Below the pieces are notes generated by a model that was not told where the DNA came from, ran no database searches, and saw nothing but the letters and a program-made list of their open reading frames with translations. Position numbers and translations under genes: made by a program. A stretch of DNA of 64,000 bases, from contig JAQUQW010000002.1 of NCBI GenBank assembly GCA_028716245.1, forward strand, positions 229,346 through 293,345. Reading direction: 5' to 3'. Source of the stretch: Candidatus Omnitrophota bacterium. GTDB taxonomy: Bacteria > Omnitrophota > Gorgyraeia > Gygaellales > Profunditerraquicolaceae. Shown in pieces: positions 18,877-27,642 of the stretch (the first letter of the stretch is position 1; every line of letters starts with the position of its first letter).

Positions 18877-18949
18877 GCCGAGATAGCTCAGTGGTAGAGC
18901 GCGGCCCTGAAAAGGCCGGCGTGGGGGGTCCGATTCCCTCTCTCGGCAT
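18877..18949 (+). tRNA. tRNA-Phe (anticodon GAA)
   Basis: GCCGAGATAGCTCAGTGGTAGAGC...anticodon loop CTGAAAA...acceptor TCTCGGCA; cloverleaf folds by hand. Confidence 0.9.
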
Positions 18950-18963
18950 TTTTTAGTTTGTAA

Positions 18964-19000
18964 GGCGAACTTTATTTAAAGTTTGCCTTATTTTTTGGCT
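18964..19000 (+). terminator. terminator after tRNA-Phe
   Basis: TAAGGCGAACTTTATTTAAAGTTTGCCTTA stem-loop followed by TTTTTTGG. Confidence 0.5.
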
Positions 19001-19071
19001 ATAAAAAGATTAAATTTTCGCACGGCAGCGGTATAATATATTAACGTCAAAAGGATGCGTTTGGGGGTTAT

Positions 19072-19356
19072 GTGAACATCAAGAAAACCATAGCCAGGGA
19101 AGGGTTAATTTTGTTGGGAATCGCGGCCTTGGGACTGGCTGTTTATTTTATAAGCAGGCATTTAAATGGTATCTATTTAAGTGAACACTGGGAATCCAGG
19201 TTTAAAGTTATACAAAATATGAAATATTCCCTGGTAGGTTATACCCCATATATAAGAATGATGTCTTTTGGTTTAAATATAGCTATATTTGGTTATCCGG
19301 TTGTTGCCTTTATCCGCTTTATCCTCTGGGCGGTAAGGACATTGAGAGCGAAATGA
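19072..19356 (+). CDS. hypothetical small membrane protein (GTG start)
   Basis: 94 aa, two hydrophobic segments; GGGGG SD 7 nt upstream. Confidence 0.45.
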   Translation: MNIKKTIAREGLILLGIAALGLAVYFISRHLNGIYLSEHWESRFKVIQNMKYSLVGYTPYIRMMSFGLNIAIFGYPVVAFIRFILWAVRTLRAK

Positions 19357-19658
19357 AGAAGAAACTAAACTGTTGGGAATATAAAAAATGCGGGCGCCAG
19401 CCAGGCGGAGTTAATGTCGCTGAATCTGGCGTATGCCCCGCGGCAGCAGAGAAGAAAGCCAACGGGTTTAATGGCGGGAAGAACGCCGGACGCATCTGTT
19501 GGGCGATAGCCTATACGCTATGTGATGAAAAAATTAACAGGACAACTACCGGAAGGTTTAGTAATTGCATGGAGTGTGATTTTTTTAAATTGGTTAGTAA
19601 GGAAGAGGGACTTGCTTTCAAAAGCATCCGGGATTTTCTTCCTAAGCTTAAAAAATAA
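19353..19658 (+). CDS. Cys-rich small protein with two C-W motifs (possible metal-binding)
   Basis: 101 aa with 7 Cys: NCWEYKKCG, GVCP, RICWAIAYTLCD, NCMECD; overlaps stop of upstream gene (coupled). Confidence 0.5.
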   Translation: MKKKLNCWEYKKCGRQPGGVNVAESGVCPAAAEKKANGFNGGKNAGRICWAIAYTLCDEKINRTTTGRFSNCMECDFFKLVSKEEGLAFKSIRDFLPKLKK

Positions 19659-19693
19659 AAAAGCCAATTCTATTTTTTAGAATTGGCTTTTTC
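19656..19693. terminator. bidirectional rho-independent terminator between the Cys-rich ORF (+) and csp (-)
   Basis: AAAAAAGCCAATTC-TATTTTTTA-GAATTGGCTTTTTC, A-tract 5' and T-tract 3'. Confidence 0.7.
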
Positions 19694-19705
19694 TATGTGT
19701 AAAAC

Positions 19706-19906
19706 TTATATCTTTTTTACGTTAGTTGCCTGGTCGCCTTTGGGCCCTTGAGTAACCTCAAATTCAACTTCATCGCCTTCTGCCAAAGATTTATATCCAT
19801 CTCCAACGATAGCGCTGAAGTGAATGAATACATCCTTGCCGTCTTCAGAAGTAACAAAGCCGTAACCTTTCTGATTACTGAACCACTTTACCTTGCCTTT
19901 TGCCAT
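19706..19906 (-). CDS. cold-shock protein, CspA family (second copy)
   Basis: [33 protein letters not shown]...; long 5' leader on minus strand with TTGACA-16-TAAATT around 20030-20060. Confidence 0.9.
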   Translation of the reverse strand: MAKGKVKWFSNQKGYGFVTSEDGKDVFIHFSAIVGDGYKSLAEGDEVEFEVTQGPKGDQATNVKKI

Positions 19907-20128
19907 TTCTGTTTCTCACCTCCTCCAAGAGTAAAAAAAATCCGCAAAGCAGGGTTAATTTTTGTTCTGCCTTACGGTTTGTCGATAAAACTAATCAATT
20001 TCTTTGTTTCTCCTCTTAAAATCTACCTGGTTTTTAATTTACCATGATTTATCAATTTGTCAATCATTTTCTAGTCTTAAGTGAGTGATTGACTATTAGT
20101 TAGGAATTGATATAATATTGGACAAATT

Positions 20129-20201
20129 GCCGATGTAGCTCAGTTGGTAGAGCAGGACTTTCGTAAAGTCAAGGTCGGTGGTTCGATTCCACTCATCGGC
20201 T
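20129..20201 (+). tRNA. tRNA-Thr (anticodon CGT)
   Basis: GCCGATGTAGCTCAGTTGGTAGAGC...loop TTCGTAA...GGTTCGATTCC...CATCGGCT. Confidence 0.85.
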
Positions 20202-20211
20202 TAATTTCTTT

Positions 20212-21465
20212 ATGGCTAAATTCCGTGAAGTTTTAAAAAATCGTAACTTTTTTTTATTATGGCTTGGGCAGATTATCTCCCAGATGGGGGATAGGCTGGG
20301 GCAAATGGCTTTGATTGGGTTTGTTTACCTGCGTTCGCCCGGCTCAACACTGCAGATTGCCAAAATCCTGTCTTTTACCATCATTCCGGTATTCCTTATC
20401 GGGCCTTTAGCCGGGGTTTATGTGGATCGTTGGGACAGGCGCAAGACAATGTATATCTGCGACTTCCTGCGCAGCCTGTTGGTTTTAGCCATCCCCTTGT
20501 TCTTATTTTACGCTAAGAACTTAACCTTGATTTACCTGCTTATTTTTATCGCTTTTTCTATCGGCAGATTTTTTGTACCGGCGAAACTCTCCATTATTCC
20601 GGATTTAGTGGATAATAAAGACTTGTTGGTTGCTAACACTCTGATTAACACTTCCGGGATGATTGCGGCGGTCTTGGGGTTTGGAATAAGCGGGGTGCTG
20701 GTAGAGAAACTTGGGGCCAAAAGCGGTTTTTATCTGAACTCCCTGACTTTTCTGGTTTCGGCGGCATTTATTTTTCTGATCTCCAAGAAATTTACCGCGG
20801 CGCCAAGCTTTGAGGAGGTAGGCAAAGAGATCGTTGAGGTAATCAGGAAATCCGTTTTTCAGGAGATCAAAGAGGGCATTCTTTATTTTATCCATACCAA
20901 GGATATCCGTTTTACCGCCGCGATTATCTTTGCGCTTTGGTCGGCATTAGGCTCGGTTTATGTAGTGATCATTGTTTTTGTGCAAAAGACTTTGCATTCG
21001 GCAACCAAGGACCTGGGGCTCTTGGTGATGTTTTTGGGGATCGGTTTATTCCTGGGTTCTTTGGTTTATGGAAAATTCGGACAGCGTATTTCGCATTACA
21101 AAATAATTTTTGTTTCCCTGGTCCTCAGTGGTATAATGTTAACCATCTTTGCCCTGGGAATACATTATTTTCCTAATTTTCTCCTGGCCGCGCTTCTGGC
21201 TTTAGGCTTGGGATTAATTGTTTCTCCGATAATGATCGCCTCTAATACCATTATCCATAATGTCAGTGACAATGAAATGCTGGGCAAGATTTTCAGTTCT
21301 CTTGAGATAGTCATGCACCTGGGTTTTATTTTATTCATGTTTATCAGCAGTATCCTTGCCGAAAAGTTTTCGCCCTTATTAATCCTGGTTATTGTCGGTT
21401 CCCTGCTAAGCTTACTGGGTTTAGTAAGCTTATTTTTTAATCGAAAGGTGGCATGGTTAGATTAG
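20212..21465 (+). CDS. MFS transporter
   Basis: 417 aa, 12 TM, GVYVDRWDRRK loop motif. Confidence 0.75.
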   Translation: MAKFREVLKNRNFFLLWLGQIISQMGDRLGQMALIGFVYLRSPGSTLQIAKILSFTIIPVFLIGPLAGVYVDRWDRRKTMYICDFLRSLLVLAIPLFLFYAKNLTLIYLLIFIAFSIGRFFVPAKLSIIPDLVDNKDLLVANTLINTSGMIAAVLGFGISGVLVEKLGAKSGFYLNSLTFLVSAAFIFLISKKFTAAPSFEEVGKEIVEVIRKSVFQEIKEGILYFIHTKDIRFTAAIIFALWSALGSVYVVIIVFVQKTLHSATKDLGLLVMFLGIGLFLGSLVYGKFGQRISHYKIIFVSLVLSGIMLTIFALGIHYFPNFLLAALLALGLGLIVSPIMIASNTIIHNVSDNEMLGKIFSSLEIVMHLGFILFMFISSILAEKFSPLLILVIVGSLLSLLGLVSLFFNRKVAWLD

Positions 21466-22721
21466 CGGAAAACAAACATTATTCAGAAAATAAGGCAATT
21501 GAAAAATTGCCGCTTCCTCAAAAGGTATACCTTCCTTTAATCCAGCATCTGGGAAAAATCTGTAATCCTGAAGTAAAAGCCGGTGATACGGTTAGCCTTG
21601 GGCAGAGAATTGCCAGTGTCGCAGCCCATGTCTATGCGCCGATCCATGCTTCGCTATCCGGAAAGGTGATCGCTATACAGGATTGGCCGCACCCTGTTTT
21701 GGGCCGGGCTAAGGCAGTGGTTATCGAAGGGGATGGCCGGGATGATCAATCGCTATTTGGCCTAAAAGGGCAGCAAGAGGTAGATAAGCTTGCTCCGCAA
21801 GATATTCGCAAAATTGTTTTAGATGCCGGGATCGTGGGCATGGGCGGGGCAAGCTTTCCTACGCATATAAAACTTAATCCCCCGCAGCCGGTAGATACCC
21901 TGATTATTAATGGCGCGGAGTGCGAGCCGTATTTAACCGCGGATGCCCGGTTAATGGTTGAGAAGACCGCGGAAATATCCTTAGGCATTAATTTGGCCGC
22001 CAAGTGTTTGGGGGTGCAAAAAATTTATATTGGAATAGAGGCAAATAAACCTGAAGCTATAGAGGCTTTCTCCAAAATCTCAGGGATTAAGATTAAGGTC
22101 CTCAAGCCGGAGTATCCTCAAGGCGGAGAGAAACAATTAATTCAGAATATATTAGGCAAGGAGATTCCCCGCGGCAAGCTGCCTTTTGATATCGGGGTTG
22201 TGGTTCAAAATGTAGCTACGGTTTACGCGATTTATGAGGCGGTTTATCAAGGCAAGCCTTTGATTGAACGGATCGTCACGGTTACGGGAAGCTGTGTGCA
22301 AAACCCCAAGAACCTGCTGGTGCGTTTAGGCACACCGATAAAGAATTTGATTGAATTTTGCGGTCCGCTAAAAAAGGAGCCGGCAAAAATTATTATCGGC
22401 GGGCCGATGATGGGTATTGCCCAGTATACGGATGAGGTGCCCATAATCAAATCCAGCGGCGGCTTATTGCTGATGAATAAAAAAGAGGCCAAAGTTTTAG
22501 AGGAGGATCCTTGTATCCGCTGCGCGGCCTGCGTTCGCGGCTGCCCGGTGGGATTAATGCCTTGCCAGATTAATCTGGCTTCCGAGAAAACACTTTGGAA
22601 TTTAGCTAAAGAGTATGGAGCCCTTGATTGCATCGAATGCGGCATCTGTAATTTTGTCTGCCCTTCCAACCGCAGGTTATTGCAGACGATTAAAAGGGCA
22701 AAGTTAGAGGTAATCAAATAA
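21453..22721 (+). CDS. rnfC: Rnf electron-transport complex subunit C
   Basis: GMGGASFPTHIKL NADH/FMN site; two 4Fe-4S motifs CIRCAACVRGCP and CIECGICNFVCP. Confidence 0.9.
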   Translation: MVRLAENKHYSENKAIEKLPLPQKVYLPLIQHLGKICNPEVKAGDTVSLGQRIASVAAHVYAPIHASLSGKVIAIQDWPHPVLGRAKAVVIEGDGRDDQSLFGLKGQQEVDKLAPQDIRKIVLDAGIVGMGGASFPTHIKLNPPQPVDTLIINGAECEPYLTADARLMVEKTAEISLGINLAAKCLGVQKIYIGIEANKPEAIEAFSKISGIKIKVLKPEYPQGGEKQLIQNILGKEIPRGKLPFDIGVVVQNVATVYAIYEAVYQGKPLIERIVTVTGSCVQNPKNLLVRLGTPIKNLIEFCGPLKKEPAKIIIGGPMMGIAQYTDEVPIIKSSGGLLLMNKKEAKVLEEDPCIRCAACVRGCPVGLMPCQINLASEKTLWNLAKEYGALDCIECGICNFVCPSNRRLLQTIKRAKLEVIK

Positions 22722-22722
22722 G

Positions 22723-23253
22723 ATGAAAGAAATGGCCCGTTACGGTTTTATTCTGGCGCTTATTTGTACAATTGCCGCGGGGTTATTAGCCGCAGCTAAC
22801 GCCCTTACTCGGCCTAAGATCCTTGCTCAAGCCATATTAGAAGAACAGTCAGCGCTTAAAGAGGTGATGCCGGCTGCAGCCAGGTTTACGGCAGTTAAGC
22901 CTGATGTGGAGAAGCAAACTTTGTATTATAAGGCATTCGATAGCCAGGATAAGCTGATCGGTTTTGTTTTTAAGGCCAGTGGAAAAGGTTATTCCAGTGT
23001 TGTTGAGACCTTGGCCGGAATTTTTCTGGATGATAAAATCAGCGCTATAAAAGTCATTTCGCAAAATGAGACTCCGGGCTTAGGGGTGCGGGTAACTGAA
23101 AATAAATTTACCGGCCAATTTAATAACCGCAATAGCCTGGATTTATCCGGGGTGCAGGCAATTACCGGAGCAACGGTTTCCAGCCGCGCGATAATGGATT
23201 CAGTGATGAAAAAGGCGCGGGAAATAAAAGAGTTGATAAAAAATGAAAGATAA
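22723..23253 (+). CDS. rnfG: Rnf complex subunit G (FMN-binding)
   Basis: N-terminal TM anchor, ETPGLG and ITGATVSSRAI FMN-attachment motif. Confidence 0.85.
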   Translation: MKEMARYGFILALICTIAAGLLAAANALTRPKILAQAILEEQSALKEVMPAAARFTAVKPDVEKQTLYYKAFDSQDKLIGFVFKASGKGYSSVVETLAGIFLDDKISAIKVISQNETPGLGVRVTENKFTGQFNNRNSLDLSGVQAITGATVSSRAIMDSVMKKAREIKELIKNER

Positions 23254-24184
23254 ACTTATAGTTTCAGGCTCTCCACATATCCATAAGGAAGAATCCATCT
23301 CCCGGATTATGTGGACAGTGGTGGCTAGTGTTATCCCTGCCGGAATCGCGGGTATAATTATATTTGGATTAGATGCTTTATGGGTAACCTTAGTCGCGGT
23401 TGCCACCGCAATATTAACCGAATTGGCATTTGAGATATGGACCAAGAGGAAGATTACGATTTTTGACGGTTCGGCTGTAATTACCGGAATACTCTTAGCC
23501 TACAATCTTCCGCCGAATGTACCCTTGTGGCTGCCGATAGTCGGGGCGGTATTTTCAATCGCCATTGGTAAACAGGTCTTTGGCGGTATCGGCCAGAATA
23601 TTTTTAACCCGGCATTAGTGGGCAGGGTTTTTCTGATGGCCTCCTGGCCAAAATATATGACCACTTTTGCCAAACCGTTTAGCTGCGATGCCGTAACCGG
23701 CGCTACTCCTTTGGCGTTGCTTAAAGAAGGTAAGCTGTTGGAACATATCTCATATCTGGATTTGTTTCTGGGCAAGCGCGGCGGATGTATCGGTGAAGTT
23801 TGTATTTTGGCGCTGTTGATTGGCGCCGCATTTCTTTTCATCCGGGGTTATATTACCTGGCATATACCGGCAACTTATATTTTTACTACCGCCGCCTTTA
23901 CCTATATTTTTGGAGCCCCGCAGCTTTTTCACGGCGACTGGCTATTCCATATATTAAGCGGCGGATTGATCCTGGGAGCGTTTTTTATGGCTACCGATTA
24001 TGTGGCTACTCCGTTGACTGCCAGAGGTCAGCTGATTTTTGGCGTGGGGTGCGGCTTGCTTACGGCGATTATCCGGCTTTGGGGCGGGTATCCTGAAGGG
24101 GCTTCATATGCCATATTGATGATGAACGCGGCAACGCCCTTTATTGACCGTTATACCAGAAACAGGATTTACGGGACAAGATGA
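23243..24184 (+). CDS. rnfD: Rnf complex subunit D
   Basis: SGSPHIH N-terminal motif, NqrB/RnfD polytopic architecture, 313 aa. Confidence 0.9.
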   Translation: MKDKLIVSGSPHIHKEESISRIMWTVVASVIPAGIAGIIIFGLDALWVTLVAVATAILTELAFEIWTKRKITIFDGSAVITGILLAYNLPPNVPLWLPIVGAVFSIAIGKQVFGGIGQNIFNPALVGRVFLMASWPKYMTTFAKPFSCDAVTGATPLALLKEGKLLEHISYLDLFLGKRGGCIGEVCILALLIGAAFLFIRGYITWHIPATYIFTTAAFTYIFGAPQLFHGDWLFHILSGGLILGAFFMATDYVATPLTARGQLIFGVGCGLLTAIIRLWGGYPEGASYAILMMNAATPFIDRYTRNRIYGTR

Positions 24185-24774
24185 AAAATTTCATTAAAGA
24201 TTTTACTAAAGGCATCATCCGGGAGAATCCCACCTTTGTCCTGGTCTTAGGGTTATGCCCGACGCTGGCAGTATCCGTATCCGTAGCTAACGGTATTGGC
24301 ATGGGGATTGCCGCGACCTTTGTGCTTCTGGGTTCAAGTTTAATTGTTTCATTAGTCAGGGATTTTATTCCCGACAAGATCCGGATACCCTGTTATATCG
24401 TCATCATTGCCACCTTTGTTACGATTGCCGAATTATGTATGAAGGCTTACAGCCCGGTATTGGACCGGGCTTTAGGTATTTATGTCCCGCTGATCGTGGT
24501 TAACTGTATAGTTTTAGGCCGCGCGGAAGCATTTGCCTGCAAGAACAATTTCAGAAGTTCATTCTGCGACGGTTTAGGAATGGGGGTAGGTTTTACTTTG
24601 GCGCTCCTTCTCATTTCAGCGATCCGGGAATTTTTGGGTTCAGGCCAGATATTAGGCCATACCCTGATTAAAGGATTTGAACCGGTATTTGTTTTTGGCA
24701 TGCCTTCAGGGGCTCTTTTAGTCATTGGTTTATTGCTGGGATTCTTTAATTTTTTAAAAAATAGGAAAACATGA
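24181..24774 (+). CDS. rnfE: Rnf complex subunit E
   Basis: GLCPTLAVS and VPLIVVNCIVLGRAEAFA motifs (NqrD/RnfE). Confidence 0.9.
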   Translation: MKNFIKDFTKGIIRENPTFVLVLGLCPTLAVSVSVANGIGMGIAATFVLLGSSLIVSLVRDFIPDKIRIPCYIVIIATFVTIAELCMKAYSPVLDRALGIYVPLIVVNCIVLGRAEAFACKNNFRSSFCDGLGMGVGFTLALLLISAIREFLGSGQILGHTLIKGFEPVFVFGMPSGALLVIGLLLGFFNFLKNRKT

Positions 24775-25379
24775 ACCTTCAGGAATTTCTGACCATCTTT
24801 ATTTCCGCGGTATTTATTTATAACGTTATCCTTTCCCGTTTCTTAGGGCTGTGTTCTTTTATCGCTATTTCTAAAGAGACTAAGCCGGCGCTGGCAATGA
24901 GTTCGGCGGTAATGTTTGTGATTGTGATGTCCTCTGCGATTACCTGGTTTGTTTACCGTTTCCTGCTTTTGCCGCTTAATCTTAGTTATTTACGCACTAT
25001 TTCATTTATTTTAGTTATTGCTGCTTTTGTCCAGTTTGTGGAAATGGTGGTGAAAAAGGCCAGCCCGCAGCTTTATCGGGCATTCGGAATTTATCTGCCG
25101 TTGATTACCGTCAACTGCGCGGTTTTAGGCGTGGCAGTATTAAATATCGACATGTTTTTTGTAAATGGCAAGGCAGTTGCGGGGAGTTTTTATTATTCTG
25201 TTTTCCAGGGAGTATGTGTGGGCTTAGGCTATACTTTAGCCATGCTGTTAATGTCCGGGATAAGGGAGAGGCTGGAGCTTTGCAATATTCCAAAATCCCT
25301 AAAGGATTTCCCCCTGGCTTTTATCATTGCTTCAATTTTAAGTTTAAGTTTTATGGGTTTTAGCGGGTTTAAATTTTAA
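24771..25379 (+). CDS. rnfA: Rnf complex subunit A
   Basis: LPLITVNCAVLGV motif (NqrE/RnfA), 6 TM. Confidence 0.9.
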   Translation: MNLQEFLTIFISAVFIYNVILSRFLGLCSFIAISKETKPALAMSSAVMFVIVMSSAITWFVYRFLLLPLNLSYLRTISFILVIAAFVQFVEMVVKKASPQLYRAFGIYLPLITVNCAVLGVAVLNIDMFFVNGKAVAGSFYYSVFQGVCVGLGYTLAMLLMSGIRERLELCNIPKSLKDFPLAFIIASILSLSFMGFSGFKF

Positions 25380-25383
25380 TACG

Positions 25384-26172
25384 ATGGAAATCTTAATTGC
25401 GATTTTAGTTTTAGGTTCTCTGGGGTTATTGTTTGGCATCGGCCTAGCGATTGCCTCAAAGAAATTAGCAGTCCAGGTAAACCCGAAACTGGAAGAAGTC
25501 AGCCACCTGTTACCCGGAGCAAATTGCGGGGCTTGCGGAAATCCCGGATGTTTTGGTTTTGCCGAAAGCCTGCTGGCAGGCAAGACTACTTTAGAAAGCT
25601 GCCGGGTTTGCAATGAAGAGGTAAAAGAAAAGATTGCCAAGATCCTGGGACTTGCACTTGAAAAACAAACTAAAAAGATTGCTACTTTACATTGTAACGG
25701 CGGTATAAGAGTTAAAGATAAATATTTGTATAATGGCGTTGATGATTGTATTGCCGCAAACCTGGTTTTAGGCGGGCAGAAGTCATGCGTTTATGCTTGT
25801 CTTGGTTTTGGCACCTGCGTAAAGGCCTGTCCGTTTGGGGCCATCACGATGTCAGCTGAAAAATTACCGGTAGTGGATAAAGTTAAATGCCGCTCTTGTA
25901 ATAAATGCGTACTGGTTTGCCCAAAGAAATTATTTTCACTGGTATCGGTAACCTATGCTGTTTATGTTGCCTGTAGTTCGCATGATTTAGGCAGGGATGT
26001 TAAAAGCGTCTGTCCTGTGGGTTGTATCGCCTGTAAATTATGCGAGAAGACCTGCAGGTTTGATGCTATCCATGTCATCGATAACCTGGCGGTCATCGAT
26101 TACCATAAATGCACTTCCTGTAAAGAGTGTGTTCCAGTTTGCCCCACTAAAACAATAAGGATAAGAGAATGA
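25384..26172 (+). CDS. rnfB: Rnf complex subunit B (polyferredoxin)
   Basis: N-terminal TM helix, CGACGNPGC motif and multiple CxxCxxCxxxCP ferredoxin motifs. Confidence 0.85.
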   Translation: MEILIAILVLGSLGLLFGIGLAIASKKLAVQVNPKLEEVSHLLPGANCGACGNPGCFGFAESLLAGKTTLESCRVCNEEVKEKIAKILGLALEKQTKKIATLHCNGGIRVKDKYLYNGVDDCIAANLVLGGQKSCVYACLGFGTCVKACPFGAITMSAEKLPVVDKVKCRSCNKCVLVCPKKLFSLVSVTYAVYVACSSHDLGRDVKSVCPVGCIACKLCEKTCRFDAIHVIDNLAVIDYHKCTSCKECVPVCPTKTIRIRE

Positions 26173-26765
26173 GCAAGTCCGGGGTAAATTTAGCGATATT
26201 CGCTTCCGGTTTCGGGAGTAATTTTTCGGCAATTATTAAAGCGGTAAAGCAGAATGAGATTAAGGCGAAGTTGGTAATTTTGGTTTGTGATCAACCTGAG
26301 GCTTTGGTGATTAAGCGGGCGCAAAAAGCTAAAGTCCGGATAGTTCTGATCAGGCGCGAAGATTTTACCAGCCGCGCTGATTTTGAAGAAGCGATAATCC
26401 AAAGATTAAGAAACTACAAGATAGATTTAATTGCCTTGGCCGGGTTTATGCGCATACTTAGCGCCTCTTTTGTAAAGCTTTACCATAACCGCATCATGAA
26501 TATCCACCCGTCGTTGCTTCCTGATTTTAAGGGGGCTTGTGCGATAAAAGATGCTTTTAACCATAAAGCGGCCTCAACCGGGGTTACGGTGCATTTTGTT
26601 GACGAGGAAGTGGATAACGGGCCGATTATCCTGCAGCAGGAAGTAGCCATAACCAAGAATGATACCTTGGTTTCGCTTGAGAAGAAAATCCATTCCGTGG
26701 AGCACAAGCTTTATCCCGAGGCAATCAGGTTATTTATCAGCGGTAAAATAAAGCCTATTCCTTAG
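26169..26765 (+). CDS. purN: phosphoribosylglycinamide formyltransferase
   Basis: IFASGFGSNFSAI N-term and HPSLLPDFKG motif; 198 aa. Confidence 0.85.
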   Translation: MSKSGVNLAIFASGFGSNFSAIIKAVKQNEIKAKLVILVCDQPEALVIKRAQKAKVRIVLIRREDFTSRADFEEAIIQRLRNYKIDLIALAGFMRILSASFVKLYHNRIMNIHPSLLPDFKGACAIKDAFNHKAASTGVTVHFVDEEVDNGPIILQQEVAITKNDTLVSLEKKIHSVEHKLYPEAIRLFISGKIKPIP

Positions 26766-27642
26766 AATCGGCAAATACCGCTTTTTGGTTAAGGATGGCC
26801 CTTGTTCCGGTTGCCAAATTCGTCATTTCCGCAAGGATAAAATCCTTAAATCCATAGGTATTCAAAGTATAGGCAGCTATCTTCAAGACTTCTTTATCAA
26901 TATCCGCGTTTTTTTCAACTTCCGGTTTTTGAAATTTTAATTTTATCCGGCCCTGAATCTGATTAGCGATGAATTCTTCCAAAGTTATCTCCCGGTAATC
27001 CAGGTGGTTACCCTCTTTATCGCCGATAATTTGCGCTGAAATTGCCGTATCCTGGACAATGCGGTGCTGGTATTCGCTCTGGGAAATCAGCCCGTAGGAT
27101 AGTTTTTTCAAATCCATTAAATAAAAAACCTGTTTTATCTCCAAGCCGTTTTTGATATCCGCGGTAACAATGCAGAAAAATAAAGGCTTGTCCTTTTTTG
27201 AGTTATCCATGCTAAAAAGCACCCTGCGGATAACCTGCAGCACATCAAAGATTTTTTCATTAACGGATTTATCTATTGCTATCTCCTGTTGTTTTTCCTT
27301 CTCCGCGGTGGGCTTAATAAGATAATTTACTTTTAAAATTTTTTCATTAAGAGAGTTCTTTTGGTCTTCTAATAAGAACCTTTCGATGTACTTCTCCGGT
27401 TTGGCGGGTTTAGAGACCATATCTTCAAGCGGCAGATATACCCAAAGAGTGTTGCCGGCCAGCCGGGTTGAGAGATCAAGTTTGTATTCTTTTTTGCAGA
27501 TATCTTTAACTGCCTGAGTTATGTCTTCTTTTAAAAATGAGGGGCTGACTGAGGAGTTACAGGCGGATAAGAATAAGACAAAAGGAAGGATCTTAAGGCC
27601 GGCTTTTACCAAACTCTTTGAAAATAGCTTCGATTTCATCAT
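26755..27642 (-). CDS. hypothetical lipoprotein
   Basis: Signal peptide with lipobox FLSACNS; 295 aa, no recognised domain. Confidence 0.5.
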   Translation of the reverse strand: MMKSKLFSKSLVKAGLKILPFVLFLSACNSSVSPSFLKEDITQAVKDICKKEYKLDLSTRLAGNTLWVYLPLEDMVSKPAKPEKYIERFLLEDQKNSLNEKILKVNYLIKPTAEKEKQQEIAIDKSVNEKIFDVLQVIRRVLFSMDNSKKDKPLFFCIVTADIKNGLEIKQVFYLMDLKKLSYGLISQSEYQHRIVQDTAISAQIIGDKEGNHLDYREITLEEFIANQIQGRIKLKFQKPEVEKNADIDKEVLKIAAYTLNTYGFKDFILAEMTNLATGTRAILNQKAVFADSKE

